64,000 nt of DNA. It comes from Octopus vulgaris (Eukaryota). Positions 12,723 through 25,969 of the stretch are shown here, in pieces. The notes beneath the pieces were generated by a model. It searched no databases, was not told where the DNA came from, and saw only the letters and a list, made by a program, of their open reading frames with translations. The stretch lies in NCBI GenBank assembly GCA_951406725.2, contig OX597833.1, positions 31,806,001 through 31,870,000 of the forward strand, in the 5' to 3' direction. The position numbers and the translations under genes are program-made. How positions within the stretch are numbered: position 1 is the stretch's first letter; each line of letters opens with the position of its first letter.

Positions 12723-13653
12723 GTGCATGTGTGTATACATCTACACATGCATACATACACACGTGTAGCTATTTACATCTCTCTCTCTCTCACACACACA
12801 TATATAGCTAGATACTGCCGTAAGTCCATATAGTGCTTTTCACACTACTTCGTTACATACATTCTCAACATATCTTAAAAATATCACATTACTTCTAGAA
12901 TTTTACATTTTCACATACACATGCACTGAGAAATTCTTACCCTGTTCCACTCCAGATATATACACACACAACATATGGCGAATTTTCAAGTTAAAAGTAT
13001 AATAAACGACTAACTAGCTGTACACACACACATATGTATGTGTGAGTATACTTATATATATGTATTGGAGCTTTATTTTCATACCTTACCATAAATGAAT
13101 TTAAAAGATATATATATATATATATCTGTATCTATAAAAGGCATGATGTGATTGTAATTTATGCACGTCCACAAATTAGCATGCACGTTGCTCCAATTGT
13201 AGGACATTCGTCAACACCCTATCTGCGTTTTTGTCAACTTATTTCCACCCCCTCGAGGCACCCTCGGATAGCGGTAAAAATCTATTTTCAGCCATAGCTT
13301 TTTGACGGCGTCTAACAAAAAAAAACAAGATAAAGAAAAGTGGATGAGAGGCAGAGCGTCTAAACAAAAAAAGGGAAAACAAAGTGAGAGAGAGAGGGAG
13401 AGAGAGAGTAAGTGACGACATTCATAAAAGATAAAGTGTAAAATGTTTTGTTTTTTCATAAACACGAGATATATTGTTCAAATTCAGGATGGTTTTCAAA
13501 GACACTATAGTTTATAATCATAGTATATATACTTTCTCACGCAACAATTACAATATATTTATTTTAAATCATTCATCTTCCCCCCCCTCTCTCACACATT
13601 ACTTTGGGTGCGAAAGAGTTTTGTTTTTATTTTATGCCAAGTAAAAAAGTGTT

Positions 13654-14940
13654 TTGAGATTCCGGTTCGAATGTAAGGCAGGTTTGAAAGTGTTCCCAAC
13701 AGTTATTAGTTGTAGTGGTAGAGTGTTTATGCCGAATATGTACGTATTCAAGTATATATATGTATGTATGCCTGTATATATGTACAAAATCCACTGAGAA
13801 GGCTTTTGTTGGTCTGAGGCTACAGCAGAAGACACATGCCAAGTCACCACACAGTGGGACTGAACCCAGGACCATGTGTTTGGAACGTAGTTTGTTACCA
13901 CACAGCCACACCTGCCCCTATGTATGTGTGTGTGTGCATATGTGTGTAAGGGTAGATATATTATGCATGTATATATGTGTATATATATGTGTACATATTA
14001 CATGTACATCTATATATAGACATCTACACATAAAATACAAAATACAAAGTTATATCTTGATATTGCTAGTGATAACAATACTCAAAATATATAACAGACT
14101 GGAATTGTAGGCCCATCTCTTGCAATTTCGATCAATTGGATCTTATCCTCCCTCTTGTATAGGCTGCAGCGAAACTTTCTTCTATCGAAGGCATTTTAAC
14201 AAAAATGCTTCTGTAAAGACGGTGAAAATATTGTCAATTTCCCCAAACAGGGACAAAATTCAATTTTTAAACAATAACCAAAGCACCTTCTCCGAAAGGG
14301 GAGGGTTACGGTTTACAATTATTTAACAAATGCAACACAACAAAGTTTCCCTGACGAGGAACCAACAAACGTGATTACAATAGTCAAACAGTAATAATAA
14401 TAACACCAAACCTTTTTAATATATCCCCATTTATGTGAAACCACTTATTCAAGTTCAAGTCATTGATGCAATTTTATACGAATTGCTAATACACACACAC
14501 ACACATAATAAGGGTGAAAAATTGAATATTAATTTGATTAATATGAATTGAAAACCAGTGGTGTGGCATATAAGACCATAGCGGATCTTCTAGCAAAAAG
14601 GATGACCACTATTAATGGTTCATCCCTGTTATATAATACTTTCACTTTATTAGTTTCAGTATTAAAATGAAAGTGTCTGCATTACAAAAGAGAGATGTTT
14701 TTGTTTCACTTTTAACACGTAATACTGAAATAGTGGAGAAGATATGATATTGCTGTGGGGTCGCCCTAGGGAAAAAGTTAAGATTGTTTTGCCGATGACA
14801 CTCTCCGGACCTTAAGTAAGACATGTGTAAAATTTGAATGAAATTGGTTGTGTAGTTCTCAAGTTTTAGGGAAACACACCGACAGACAGGCAGACACACA
14901 TTCTCAGTTTTATATTTATAGAGATGTACTTGCGTAGCGA
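13654..14940. repeat. 1.29-kb direct repeat, copy 2, followed by an extra 34-bp Helitron 5' terminus (14941-14974)
   Basis: Matches 6841-8128 at offset 6813/6812, then tagacacacattctcagttttatatatatagaga. Confidence 0.95.
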
Positions 14941-15067
14941 TAGACACACATTCTCAGTTTTATATATATAGAGACTGCTAGTAAATATATAAAATGTACT
15001 GTTCCGTGATAGAAAATTCAACAAAAAACGTATTCCATCTGCTAAATGATAAATATTATTTATTTAA

Positions 15068-15288
15068 CCCTTTAGTGTTCACATTATTCTGCCAAAATTA
15101 ATGCTTCTTTATCCACATTGTTTTGAATTAATCATGCATTATCTTGTAGCTAGCAGATTTTGATGAGGTAGCTGTTAATTTTTTAAACAATATTGTAGGG
15201 CTGGTGTGAGAGACCAGATCTGGCCAATTTGAACATAAAACAGGCAGAATACTTTTGGCCAGATATGGCCGGTTTAAATGCTAAAGGG
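15068..15288. mobile_element. piggyBac-type MITE
   Basis: TTAA|ccctttag...ctaaaggg|TTAA. Confidence 0.85.
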
Positions 15289-15647
15289 TTAAAGAACACA
15301 ATACATGTCTAAAGTGCTACTAATAGTTACATCTGTTGAGAAATATTTCAAACATATTCATCAGGCAGAAACCACATCATAACAAACTAAAAAAATTGAA
15401 TAAGAAAAGAAATGCGAAAAAGCTGAGAGGCGATCATTTTAAATAAATCCTTCATTAGTTCAGACTGCTATTTTACTACCCAAAGTAGTATATTCGCCCG
15501 ACGGATTAGGTTTTTGTAAGCCTATGACACTTTAAAGTTGCATGGGGCCGCAACAAACTTTTAAATAATAATATATTGTGTATTGTGTGTGTATGTGGTG
15601 TGTGTGTGTATAGAGGCATACCTACACAATTGCACCCCACTGATTTG

Positions 15648-15860
15648 TTTACTCTTTTACTTGTTTCAGTCATTTGACTGTGGCCATGCTGGAGCACCGC
15701 CTTTAGTTGAGCAAATCGCCCCCAGGACTTATTCTTGTAAGCCTAGCACCTATTCTATCGGTTTCTTTTGCTGAACCGCTAAGTTACGGGGACGTAAACA
15801 CACCAACATCGGTTGTCAAGTGATGTTGGGGAGGACAAACACAGACACACAAGCATATAT

Positions 15861-15925
<65 letters not shown>

Positions 15926-16078
15926 CATATATACATATATACTACAGGCTTCTTTCGGTTTCCGTCTACCAAATCCACTCACAAGGCTTTGGTCAGCCTG
16001 AGGCTAGAGTAGAAGACACTTGCCCAAGGTGCCACGCAGTGGGACTGAACCCGGAACCATGTGGTTGGTAAGCAAGCT
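15648..16078 (-). mobile_element. tRNA-SINE family A, head slightly truncated
   Basis: Colinear with 10272-10686. Confidence 0.9.
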
Positions 16079-16857
16079 AAAAGAAGGGTATTTTTTAATG
16101 AAATTTTCAACAAATATGCTTCACATGGTGTACATTCTGATTATATCGAAAATTGTTGGGAAAATTTTTTTCCATATATGGTGAGAGGGGTTTCAGAAAA
16201 TTCATACGTGTAAGCTTTGTTTCCTCATAAGTTTCAGAAAAAGGGTATTTTATAATGAAATTTTCAACAAATAGCTTTCAGAGTGTGTAGATTATGATTA
16301 TACTGGAATTTAATATGAAAAAAATATTAAAAAATTGATGGACTTGCACACATGTATACTAACACATATCATCCCATATATCTACAAAATGAAATATGAA
16401 ATCTCGAAAAACATTGTGATGTGTGTCAGTATGTATGCGTGCATCTTCACCATTTTTTCTATATTTCATTCTGATATAATCATAATCTGCACACTTTGAA
16501 AGGTGTTTGTAGAAAATTCCATAAAATGTACCCATTTTCTTGAAAGTTATAGGGAAATACAACCAACTTGTGTGTGAATTTTCCGAAATTCCTCTCTCCA
16601 CCCAGAAGATTTTTTTCACAAATTCCGATATAATCGGAATCTATACCATCTGAAGTATATAAATAGAAAATTTCAATACAAACTATCCATTTTTCTGGAA
16701 GTTATGAGAAGTATCATTTATCAATTTAGACAATTAACCCCAACAGCTGATAGCTGTAGTGGCTGTACCAGCTGACTGTTTACTTCAGAATTCAGTGAAG
16801 ATAGTCATGTATTACCCATCCTTGACTGAATAGCAAAATAAGTTCATCACCACACAC

Positions 16858-16926
<69 letters not shown>

Positions 16927-16937
16927 TATTTTTATAC

Positions 16938-16999
<62 letters not shown>

Positions 17000-17002
<3 letters not shown>

Positions 17003-17757
17003 GATAGCTGTGTAAATAAGTGCCATACCCTAGTGATTGAGAGAACCTGTGGAAGAGGTAGACCCTAGGAAGACCTGGGATGAGTTGGTGAAGCACGATC
17101 TTCGAACATTAGGCCTCACCAAGGCAATGACTAGTGACTGAGACCTTTGGAAATATGCTGTGCTTGAGAAGACCCGGCAAGCCAAGTGGCCTATACCAGG
17201 GGTGTAACCAGCCCACTTATGTGTACCTTTCCTTCATTTGACACTAAACTCTGCTTGCGAAGACCTGTTGAAGCAAGTGAAATCGAAATAAAATTCGATA
17301 ACTGGCATCCGTGCTAGTGGAGTGCTAAGAGCACCATTTGAGTGAGATCGTTGCCAGAGCAACTAACTGGCTTCCGTGCCGGTTGCACGTAAAAAGTACC
17401 ATTCGAGCATGATCATTACCAGCGTCGCCTTACTGGCATTTGTGCTGGTGGCACATGAAAAAAACAATCAACCAAGGTCGTTGCCAGTGCCACTGGACTG
17501 GCTCCTGTGCAGGTGGCACATAAAAAACACCATTTGAGTGTGGCTGTTGCCAGTACCACCTGACTGGCCCTCGTACTGGTGGCACGTAAAAGTACCCACT
17601 ACACTCTTGGAGTGGTTGGCATTAGGAAGGGCATCCAGCAGTAGAAACTCTGCCAGATCAGATTGGAGCTTGGTGCAGCCATCTGATTCACCAGTCCTCA
17701 GTCAAATCGTCCAACCCATGCTAGCATGGAAAGTGGACATTAAATGATGATGATGAT
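17000..17757 (+). mobile_element. RTE LINE 3' end
   Basis: [33 protein letters not shown], then a repeat-bearing 3' UTR and (GAT)n tail. Confidence 0.9.
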
Positions 17758-17876
17758 ATATATAACGAAAAATATAATTGTCACTAAATGTGACTAAGGG
17801 TCTCAGGACTGGGGTCGATTTGTTCAACTAAAAGCAGTGCTCCAGAAAGTCCACAAATGACTGAAACAAATAAAAG

Positions 17877-18090
17877 GGGTAAAGACCCCCTTCGGTCATG
17901 AATGACCATGGGATTGCACCTAGAAAGTTACCCTCCTAGACACAAGTCCGGGCAAGGTTGTTTATGGAAGACCAGCAGTCGCCCATGCATACCAGCCTCC
18001 CCTCTCCACGCCACCAGTGTTATCCAAGAGTAAGACAAAGGTCGATACAGCTTGGCACCAGTGACGTCGCAACTCATTTCTACAGCTGAG
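17877..18090 (-). mobile_element. Truncated SINE-like insertion with 15-bp TSD
   Basis: Flanked by tgaaacaaataaaag at 17862-17876 and 18091-18105; interrupts one arm of an inverted duplication. Orientation is inferred. Confidence 0.6.
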
Positions 18091-18311
18091 TGAAACAAAT
18101 AAAAGAATTATATATATATACACATACACACACACATATACATACATATATATATGTATAAATATATATATATTTATTTATTTATTTAGCTCTTATTTCT
18201 AGCAATGTGGGTACATTGCTAGAAATAAGAGCTAAATAAATATATATATATATTTATACATATATATATATATATGTATGCATATGTGTATATGTGTATA
18301 TATATATATAA

Positions 18312-18682
18312 TTCTTTTATTTGTTTCAGTCATTTGTGGACTTTCTGGAGCACTGTTTTTAGTTGAACAAATCGACCCCAGGAATTATTCCTTGTAAGCC
18401 TACTACTTATTCTATTGGTCTGTTTTGCTAAACCACTAAGTTACGGGGATGTAAACACACCAACATTGGTTGTCAAACAATGGTTGGGGGACAAACACAA
18501 ACACACAAACATACATACGTACATACATGTATGTATGTATGTATGTATGTATGTATGTATGTATGTATGTATGTATGTATGTATGTATGTATGTATGTGT
18601 ATGTATGTATGTGTGTGTATGTATGTATGTGTATGTATGAATGTATGTATGTATGTGTGTGTCCCGTCCAGCTGTGGATCAC

Positions 18683-18739
<57 letters not shown>

Positions 18740-18800
18740 CAATGGGCTTCTTTCAGTTTCTGTCTACCAAATCCATTCACAAGGCTTTGGTCAGCCCGAA
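18312..18800 (-). mobile_element. tRNA-SINE family A with expanded (TATG)n
   Basis: Colinear with 10272-10686; head missing. Confidence 0.85.
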
Positions 18801-19007
18801 AACTATTCTGCATATACAATAACAGTCAAACTAATAATCCAACATATCTCCATCATCAGCTGCCCCATGGATATCATTATGGTTTCGACACCTGGGCAGT
18901 ACCATTCATTCCGGCAGTGTCAACAACACTAAAATATGTGTTGTTTGGGAACAAGCATACCATTTATATGTCCACATTCATTCAATCTTAATTCTAGGAA
19001 GGTTTAA

Positions 19008-20108
19008 CCCTTTCGTTACTATATTTCTGACCAAAATACACCCCTCATAAGTTTCAATTAAATTCTAAAATAATCATGAATCTAGGCTTGTTTCATTAAA
19101 TAACTGTAACTTTTTTACTTATCAACATTTTAATGTGATATTTGGAACATAATTAAAGAAAGGGTTCTTAATCAATTCTATTGCATAACTTTTGTCTCAA
19201 AGTGACTTTAATTACAGGTAAATCCAGGTAAATTGAGCAAAAGTTAAAAATATAAAAATTTTAAAATGAGCAAAAGGTGAAAATATTAAAATTTTGTTTA
19301 AACATCACCATAGAAAATGAATCATCAGCTAATATTCAAATGGGTATGCAACAAAATTTTGATAAAGAAGAATTGTGCACATCACTATATCATCAGTTGA
19401 ATTTAATGCACAACAGGTGTACCATAAAGGTGAAATAAACTGAAATATTGAAATCCACCGTAAGTTTGACCGAACTAAAGAAATCGGTCAAAAAATAATA
19501 TACGGCCCTGGTTATGGTATGGAAGTGATAAATTCCAGACCACATCGTTCCCTAGGCCGTGCTGACTAACATTATTTTCCCTGTATAAAAACTAAATCCA
19601 CGCAGTACCCAGTATTTGCTTCACAAATTTTCCGAAATTTGAACCCCCATTTTGTGTTTGTTTACAATCTGCGTAAGCTTGTTTCTGCATTGATCGCTTC
19701 AAACAATAACTTCCAGACCACATCATACCCTAAGCCATGCTGACTAACATTAGTTTCCCTGTATAAAAACTAAATCCACAACAGTACCCAGTATTTGTTT
19801 CACAAATTTTCCAATTCGAAATCAATGCTTGATAACATGAAACTCCTATCTATTTTCAAAGTTGAAGAAAAATCGATGCCGAAAAAAATATGGAAAAAAA
19901 TCTCCCAAAATTCAGGGAATTACACGTCGATCTTTGTACAAAACTGTAGATGAACTGTTTACAAAGCATAATCACGTGTTTTCACGAATGTACTAAAGAG
20001 ATTTGCTCTGATATTCTCATTTAAATATGAATAGGTAAATTCGGGCGGTTTGGTCACATTAACCAAAATTTTTTTCGGGCGGCTTTGGGCGGTTTGGTAA
20101 CGAAAGGG
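19008..20108. mobile_element. Non-autonomous piggyBac-type element
   Basis: TTAA|ccctttcgttac...gtaacgaaaggg|TTAA; internal direct repeat of about 108 bp (19527-19635 / 19705-19812). Confidence 0.85.
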
Positions 20109-20207
20109 TTAAACTCTAACATTATTAATTAAATTACAACAAAGAAACGCATTTACTCTACATACAAAAACAGTATCGGTAAATAAATTCAATAAGTAAG
20201 CTATTGT

Positions 20208-20460
20208 GGAGGCGCGTGGCTTAGTGGTTAGGGTGTCGGCACCATGATTGTAAGATTGTGGTTTCGATTCCTGGACCGGGCGATGTGTTGTGTTCTTGAG
20301 CAAAACACTTTATTTCACGTTGCTCCAGTTCACTCAGCTGGTAAAAATGAGTAACGCTGTGATGGACTGGTGTCCCGTCCAGCTGTGGATCACATACACC
20401 ATAGAAACCGGGAAACCAGGCCCACGAGCCTGACTAGGTTTTAAAAGGGCGCATTTATTA
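20208..20460 (+). mobile_element. tRNA-derived SINE (third family, V/Meta-domain-like core)
   Basis: A box tggcttagtgg, B box gtttcgattcc, core gatggactggtgtcccgtccag, T-rich tail. Confidence 0.75.
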
Positions 20461-21818
20461 TTTTTATTTATAACTAACTCATAAATTATCTAACTAAATA
20501 GCAACCTAGTCCTTGAAGTCCGTGCAGATAATATTCTCACCAGTCTTTCGTAGTTATTAATATAAAAGTGAAAGCCTTTATATTCTATTCTTTCCAAAAC
20601 AAAAACAAACTCATTGAACTTAACTAATAATATAACTATTTCATAACCCAAAAGTTAATAATTAAAACACTACATACGTATTAATTATTCATTAATTAAT
20701 GTTAAACTTATACCAGTAATTTAATAGATAATACTAAAATAGCCTTATGATTAGGAACTAATAAAAGAATACCTGTAATTAACAATTATAAATATATAAC
20801 TGTTTAAAAGATGATATAAAATATAAAGTTTTACCACTTACATGTTATATATATATATATATCGTAAGAAAAGGAAAAGAATTTCAATTATCCCTACATG
20901 GATTATCCTTCATTTGGATAATTACTACTTCTGAGGTTCTGCTAGCTATGAAATATATGTAGTCTGGATTCTATCTACATCATTCCCTAACTTTGGATTT
21001 ATATTCACATACACTGCAACCCTTGCTGCTTACAATAAGCTATGCAACAATTTTTTCAGCTTATTGAACTTTGATACAGGAAAAACTTGCAACTTTATAC
21101 ATCAATCTGAAAGTTGTTTTTTATGCCTTTTGTACTGCTCGAAGCTCACTATCTTCCTACACTTTGATCCTTGGATCTTACCTTTATTGATATATATATA
21201 TATTGCACATCAGTAAATGAATGGTTTAGGAGCATTAAGAGATACTGTGCTAGGTAACTACACATATAGCGGGGATCTTTAAAAGATCCTATGGTGGTAA
21301 CTACAAGCTTTGTAAACACTATATAACATACGTAAATAGCATGTATGTCATCATCATCATCGATTAATATCCATCTTCTATGCATGGATGGATATTAATC
21401 CTAAAATATCAACTCATTTTTTAAATATTTTCTATAATCATTGTTTTAAAATATGGACAGCCTGAATCTGCCATTATCAGATGTAAAGGTGTGTGATTTA
21501 AGGGAGATTTAGCTGTTGTTTCAAGCACATCCCACGACCAACTGGTACACACATACAAGACACACAAACACTTACACACATGCACGTGCGCATGTACAAG
21601 CACACACACACACACACACACACACAAAACATGATAGCAGATGTTAGTGAATAATATATAAGGGAGATTGAGGTTGTTTCCATATAGTCCTGACCTACAT
21701 TGATTTAGTGCTTGTAATTATAACCGGCATCAAGAGACAGATTTTTAGTAGGTCTGCAAGTGAATATCAGAACATCAGTGAATATGACAGGGCATAGGGG
21801 AGTCTGTCTATGCATGTG

Positions 21819-21892
<74 letters not shown>

Positions 21893-21895
<3 letters not shown>

Positions 21896-23959
21896 ATATT
21901 AAAAATCTGAAATGCGAAAAGTTTGTTTGTTTGTCTGGTTTTGGCATTGAGAACGGGTTAAAGGCCACTAGATCCTGTTGGATTGACTCCAAACTTTACA
22001 GGGACATGTAAAATGAGGTGAGGATGCCAGTGGGCTAGGTTAGAAATCCCCATCTTAAAAGGTGTCGTTGCTAGGGCCAAAAACGCACTTTGACAAGTCT
22101 ACTCTCATTCTTTTATGTATCTGTCTTCCTCTGTCACTCACTCTCTTTCCTCCCTTCCCATCACTTTCTATATATAACGTCGTTTAACAGCGTCTAACTC
22201 CCTTACCTTCACTTTCTTTTTATAATGTTGTCAAACAGCGTTCTATATCTTCCCCCCCCCCCGCCTTCGACAGCACTTTCACACACTCTCTCTCTCTCTA
22301 CGTCTGTCTGCATTCATAGAGAGAATTATCATCGCCACCACAACCACCACACAATCATGAGAACAAATATTATGAATCAGATATTTATTGGGTTAATTTA
22401 TATATGTGTGTGTGTGTTCTATATATAAATATGTATGTATAATGTATATATACAAAGTGTATATATCTGTATTTATGTATATTAAACTTTTTAATACTTT
22501 TTGATAGTTATATATATTTTAAAAAAATTTATAAATATAAATTAATAATTTTAATTTTAAATTTAAATAATTTAAAGTTTTCAATTTTATATTTTATATA
22601 TTTTGTATATTATATTTTTATTTTTATGTTTTGGTTTATGTTTTTCACTGTTTGATTTGCCTATTAGTGGTTTTATCTCTAATTTAATTTATACATATAT
22701 ATATATAATTTGTATACATTTGTATATATATAATGCGTGCACACACACACATACATATATACATATATATATATATAGAATGTGTGCATTATGTGGTCGG
22801 TTGAGCTGAAAATATGCACACCTATGTTAAAAGTGCTGGCAAGTTTGCATGACAACTATTTTTTTCCTCAAATGAAAGGCGTGACCTCTAGGACAAAATT
22901 CCTCATCTTATAAAATGTGGCCTCAGTAGACCTGAATGAAATCGGTTATATTAACCAAAATGTGAAAAGGAGTCTAAATGGGGCTGGAAGGGGATTAAAA
23001 TTTAAAGGAGCGGGTGTTTAGGAATTCTCTGTTACATCAAGCTAAAAAATTTGCGCCAGCCTTTTAATCATCAATGTGTTACCGTCCATCATGAAGAAGT
23101 TTTGAATGCTTGCCATGGTGAGTCAACTGTTGTGAGAAAGAATCACTTCAAAACTTGGTGTTTAGGAATTTTCTTTTACATCAAGTTCAAAATTTTACGC
23201 CAGCCGTTAAACTGTCAATACGTCGTTAAGAAATGCCAGCCATGGTGACTCTACTATCCTCACATTCTATCCCTCCAAACTTTGGTTTCCAATATTTTAT
23301 TATTTTTATTCAGCTCGCAAGTTCGTCTGTCCCTTTTAAATGTTAGTGTTTTACTGTCTGCCTTGAAGCAGACCTTTCTGTTGTCACTGCCTGATATTTA
23401 TGATTGATCTTTCAAAATATTTTATTTCTCAACTTACTCAAGATCTTTTGTTGTTTATAAATGGGAGAGATATAGATAAAGATAGAAAGTAAGAGAAAGC
23501 GAGGGAGAGTCCGAGAAAAAAGAAAAGTAAGAGAGTGGGAAAGTGAGAGAGAAATGAGAGAGAAACAAAGAGGGAGAATCATCATCATCATCATCATCAC
23601 TTAACGTCCGTTTTCTGTGCTAGCACGGGTTGGACGGTTTGACCGGGGTCTGGGAAGCTAGGAGGCTGCACCAGGCTCCAGTCTGATCTGGCAGTGTTTC
23701 TACAGCTGGATGCCCTTCCTAGCGCCAACCACTCTGTGAGTGTAGTGGGTGCTTTTTTCGTGCCGCCGGCACAGATACCAGGGGGGCTGGCAGCGGCCAC
23801 GATCGGTTGGTGCTTTTTACGTGCCACCGGCACAGAAGCCAGTCAAGGCGGCGCTGCAATCGGCCACGTTCGGATGGTGCTTTTTACGTGCTGAAAGGAA
23901 GCAACAGAAAGTAACAACCACACTCTTACCCGCGCGTAGAGCGGGTCACCTTAAGTTAG
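21893..23959 (+). mobile_element. Non-autonomous Helitron containing a nested RTE tail
   Basis: 5' A|TCTATATTAAAA...gtttgtttgtttgtc. The 3' end has hairpin acccgcgcgtagagcgggt (23928-23946), then TTAG|T (a CTAG variant). Confidence 0.6.
23579..23891 (-). mobile_element. RTE LINE 3' UTR fragment
   Basis: Reverse complement of the 25040-25198 tail, including (GAT)n. Confidence 0.9.
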
Positions 23960-23976
23960 TATATATATATATATAC

Positions 23977-25198
23977 TAAGAGTAAAAGGCAGACTTTATG
24001 ATGCATGTGTACGTACAGCCATGCTACATGGTAGTGAAACATGGGCCGTGACTGCTGAGGATATGCGTAAGCTCGCAAGAAATGAAGCCAGTATGCTCCG
24101 ATGGATGTGTAATGTCAGTGTTCATAATCGTCAGAGTGTAAGTACCTTGAGAGAAAAGTTGAACCTAAGAAGCGTCAGTTGTGGTGTGCAAGAGAGACGG
24201 CTGCGCTGGTATGGTCATATGACGAGAATGGCTGAAGATAGTTGTGTGCAAAAGTGCTACACCCTAGCAGTTGAGGGAACCTGTGGAAGAGGTAGACCCA
24301 GGAAAACCTGGGACGAAGTGGTGAAGCACGACCTACGAAGTTTAGGTCTCACCAAGGAAATGACTAGAGACCGAGACCTATGGAAGTATGCTGTGCGTGA
24401 GAAGACCCGGCAAGACTAGTCAGGCCATAACCCGTGGCCCCTACCTGGGACGTAGTCAGTCCACCTGTGCATACCTTCCTTCTTGTGATACTTGTGAAGA
24501 CCTGTTGAGGCAAGTGAAAATCAAACAAAATCAAAATATATGAACATCAATGGAATTTGTATCTTTGTGGTACCAGTGCCGGTGGCACACAAGAAAACCA
24601 TCCGAACGTGGCCGTAGCCAGTACCGCACCGACTGGCCTCCATGCTGTGGGCACGTAACAATCACCATCCAATCGTTGCCGATCGCCAGCCTAATCTGGC
24701 TCCTGTGTTGGTGGCACATAAAAAACACCATCCGAGCGTGGTCGTCTGCTAGCCTTGTCTGGCACCTGTGTCGGTGGCACATAAAAACATCATCCGAGCG
24801 TGGCCGTTCGCCAGCTTCGTCTGGCACCTGTGTCGGTGGCACATAAAAACACCATCCGAGCGTGGTCGTCTGCTAGCCTTGTCTGGCACCTGTGTCGGTG
24901 GCACATAAAAACACCATCCGAGCGTGGCCGTTCACCAGCTTCGTCTGGCACCTGTGTCGGTGGCACATAAAAACACCATCCGAGTGTGGCCGTTCGCCAG
25001 CCTCGTCTGGCACCTGTGTCGGTGGCACATAAAATCACCCACTACACTCTCGGAGTGGTTGGCGTTAGGAAGGGCATCCAGCTGTAGAAACACTGCCAGA
25101 TCTGACTGGCCTGGTGCAGCCTTCGGGCTCCCCAGACCCCAGTTGAACCGTCCAACCCATGCTAGCATGGAAAGCGGACGTTAAATGATGATGATGAT
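23977..25198 (+). mobile_element. 5'-truncated RTE LINE with tandem 60-bp repeats in its 3' UTR
   Basis: ORF end MLHGSETWAV...RRLRWYGHM...GRGRPRKTW (stop 24419); units ggtggcacataaaaacaccatccgagcgtgg...ctggcacctgtgtc at 24710-25035; (GAT)n tail. Confidence 0.93.
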
Positions 25199-25242
25199 AT
25201 ATATATGTATGTATATATGTATGTATACATATATATATACAT

Positions 25243-25329
<87 letters not shown>

Positions 25330-25347
25330 CATATATACATATATAAC

Positions 25348-25616
25348 TACAAACTGGGACAAGAACACATAACATTTAGAAGACGATACAAAATCACGGA
25401 CAAGACATTCGAAGCCTTCAATCCTCAGTCAAGAACCGGATCATCCTCGCAATTTTGGCTGATTAATCCTGAGATTGCTCCAATCTGGCCAGCCCCAAGG
25501 AAAAACTAAGCTAATCGCATTAGATTCCTTGGAAAAAAGCATCGAATGTATACGAAACAAGGACGGAAAACGGACGATGTTACACGAATATGAATACAAA
25601 AATAATACGTAAAAAC

Positions 25617-25649
<33 letters not shown>

Positions 25650-25961
25650 CTGTTGTGATGTTCTGTTATTGTTATTATTATTATTATTATTATTTTTACT
25701 TATTATTTTCGTATTCATATTCGTGTAACATCGTCCATTTTCTGTCCTTGTTTCGTATACATTCGAAGCTTTTTTCCAAGGAATCTAATGCGCTTAGCTT
25801 AGTTTTTCCTTGGGGCTGGCCAGATTGGAGCAATCTCAAGATTAATTAGCCGAAATTGCGAGGATGATCCTGTTCTCGACTGAAGATTGAAGGCTTCGAA
25901 TGTCCTGTCCGTGTTTTTTATATCGTCTTCTAAATGTTATGTGTTCTTGTCCCAGTTTGTA
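25348..25961. repeat. Inverted repeat with about 300-bp arms meeting at (AAT)n/(ATT)n
   Basis: tacaaactgggacaagaacacataac... versus ...gttatgtgttcttgtcccagtttgta, with scattered mismatches. Confidence 0.95.
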
Positions 25962-25969
25962 TTTTTATA

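Noticed and set aside
6841-14940. The 1.29-kb direct repeats read as LTRs
   Set aside because: No TG...CA ends, PBS, PPT, TSD or gag/pol between them; they contain a Helitron end and a SINE head.
18805-18991. Unique-looking stretch with VVDTAG (GTPase G3-like) on the minus strand
   Set aside because: Stops occur on both sides within a few codons and there are no other GTPase motifs.
24710-25035. Regular repeats resembling a CRISPR array
   Set aside because: Whole units repeat without unique spacers, they lie in an RTE 3' UTR, and the context is eukaryotic with no cas genes.
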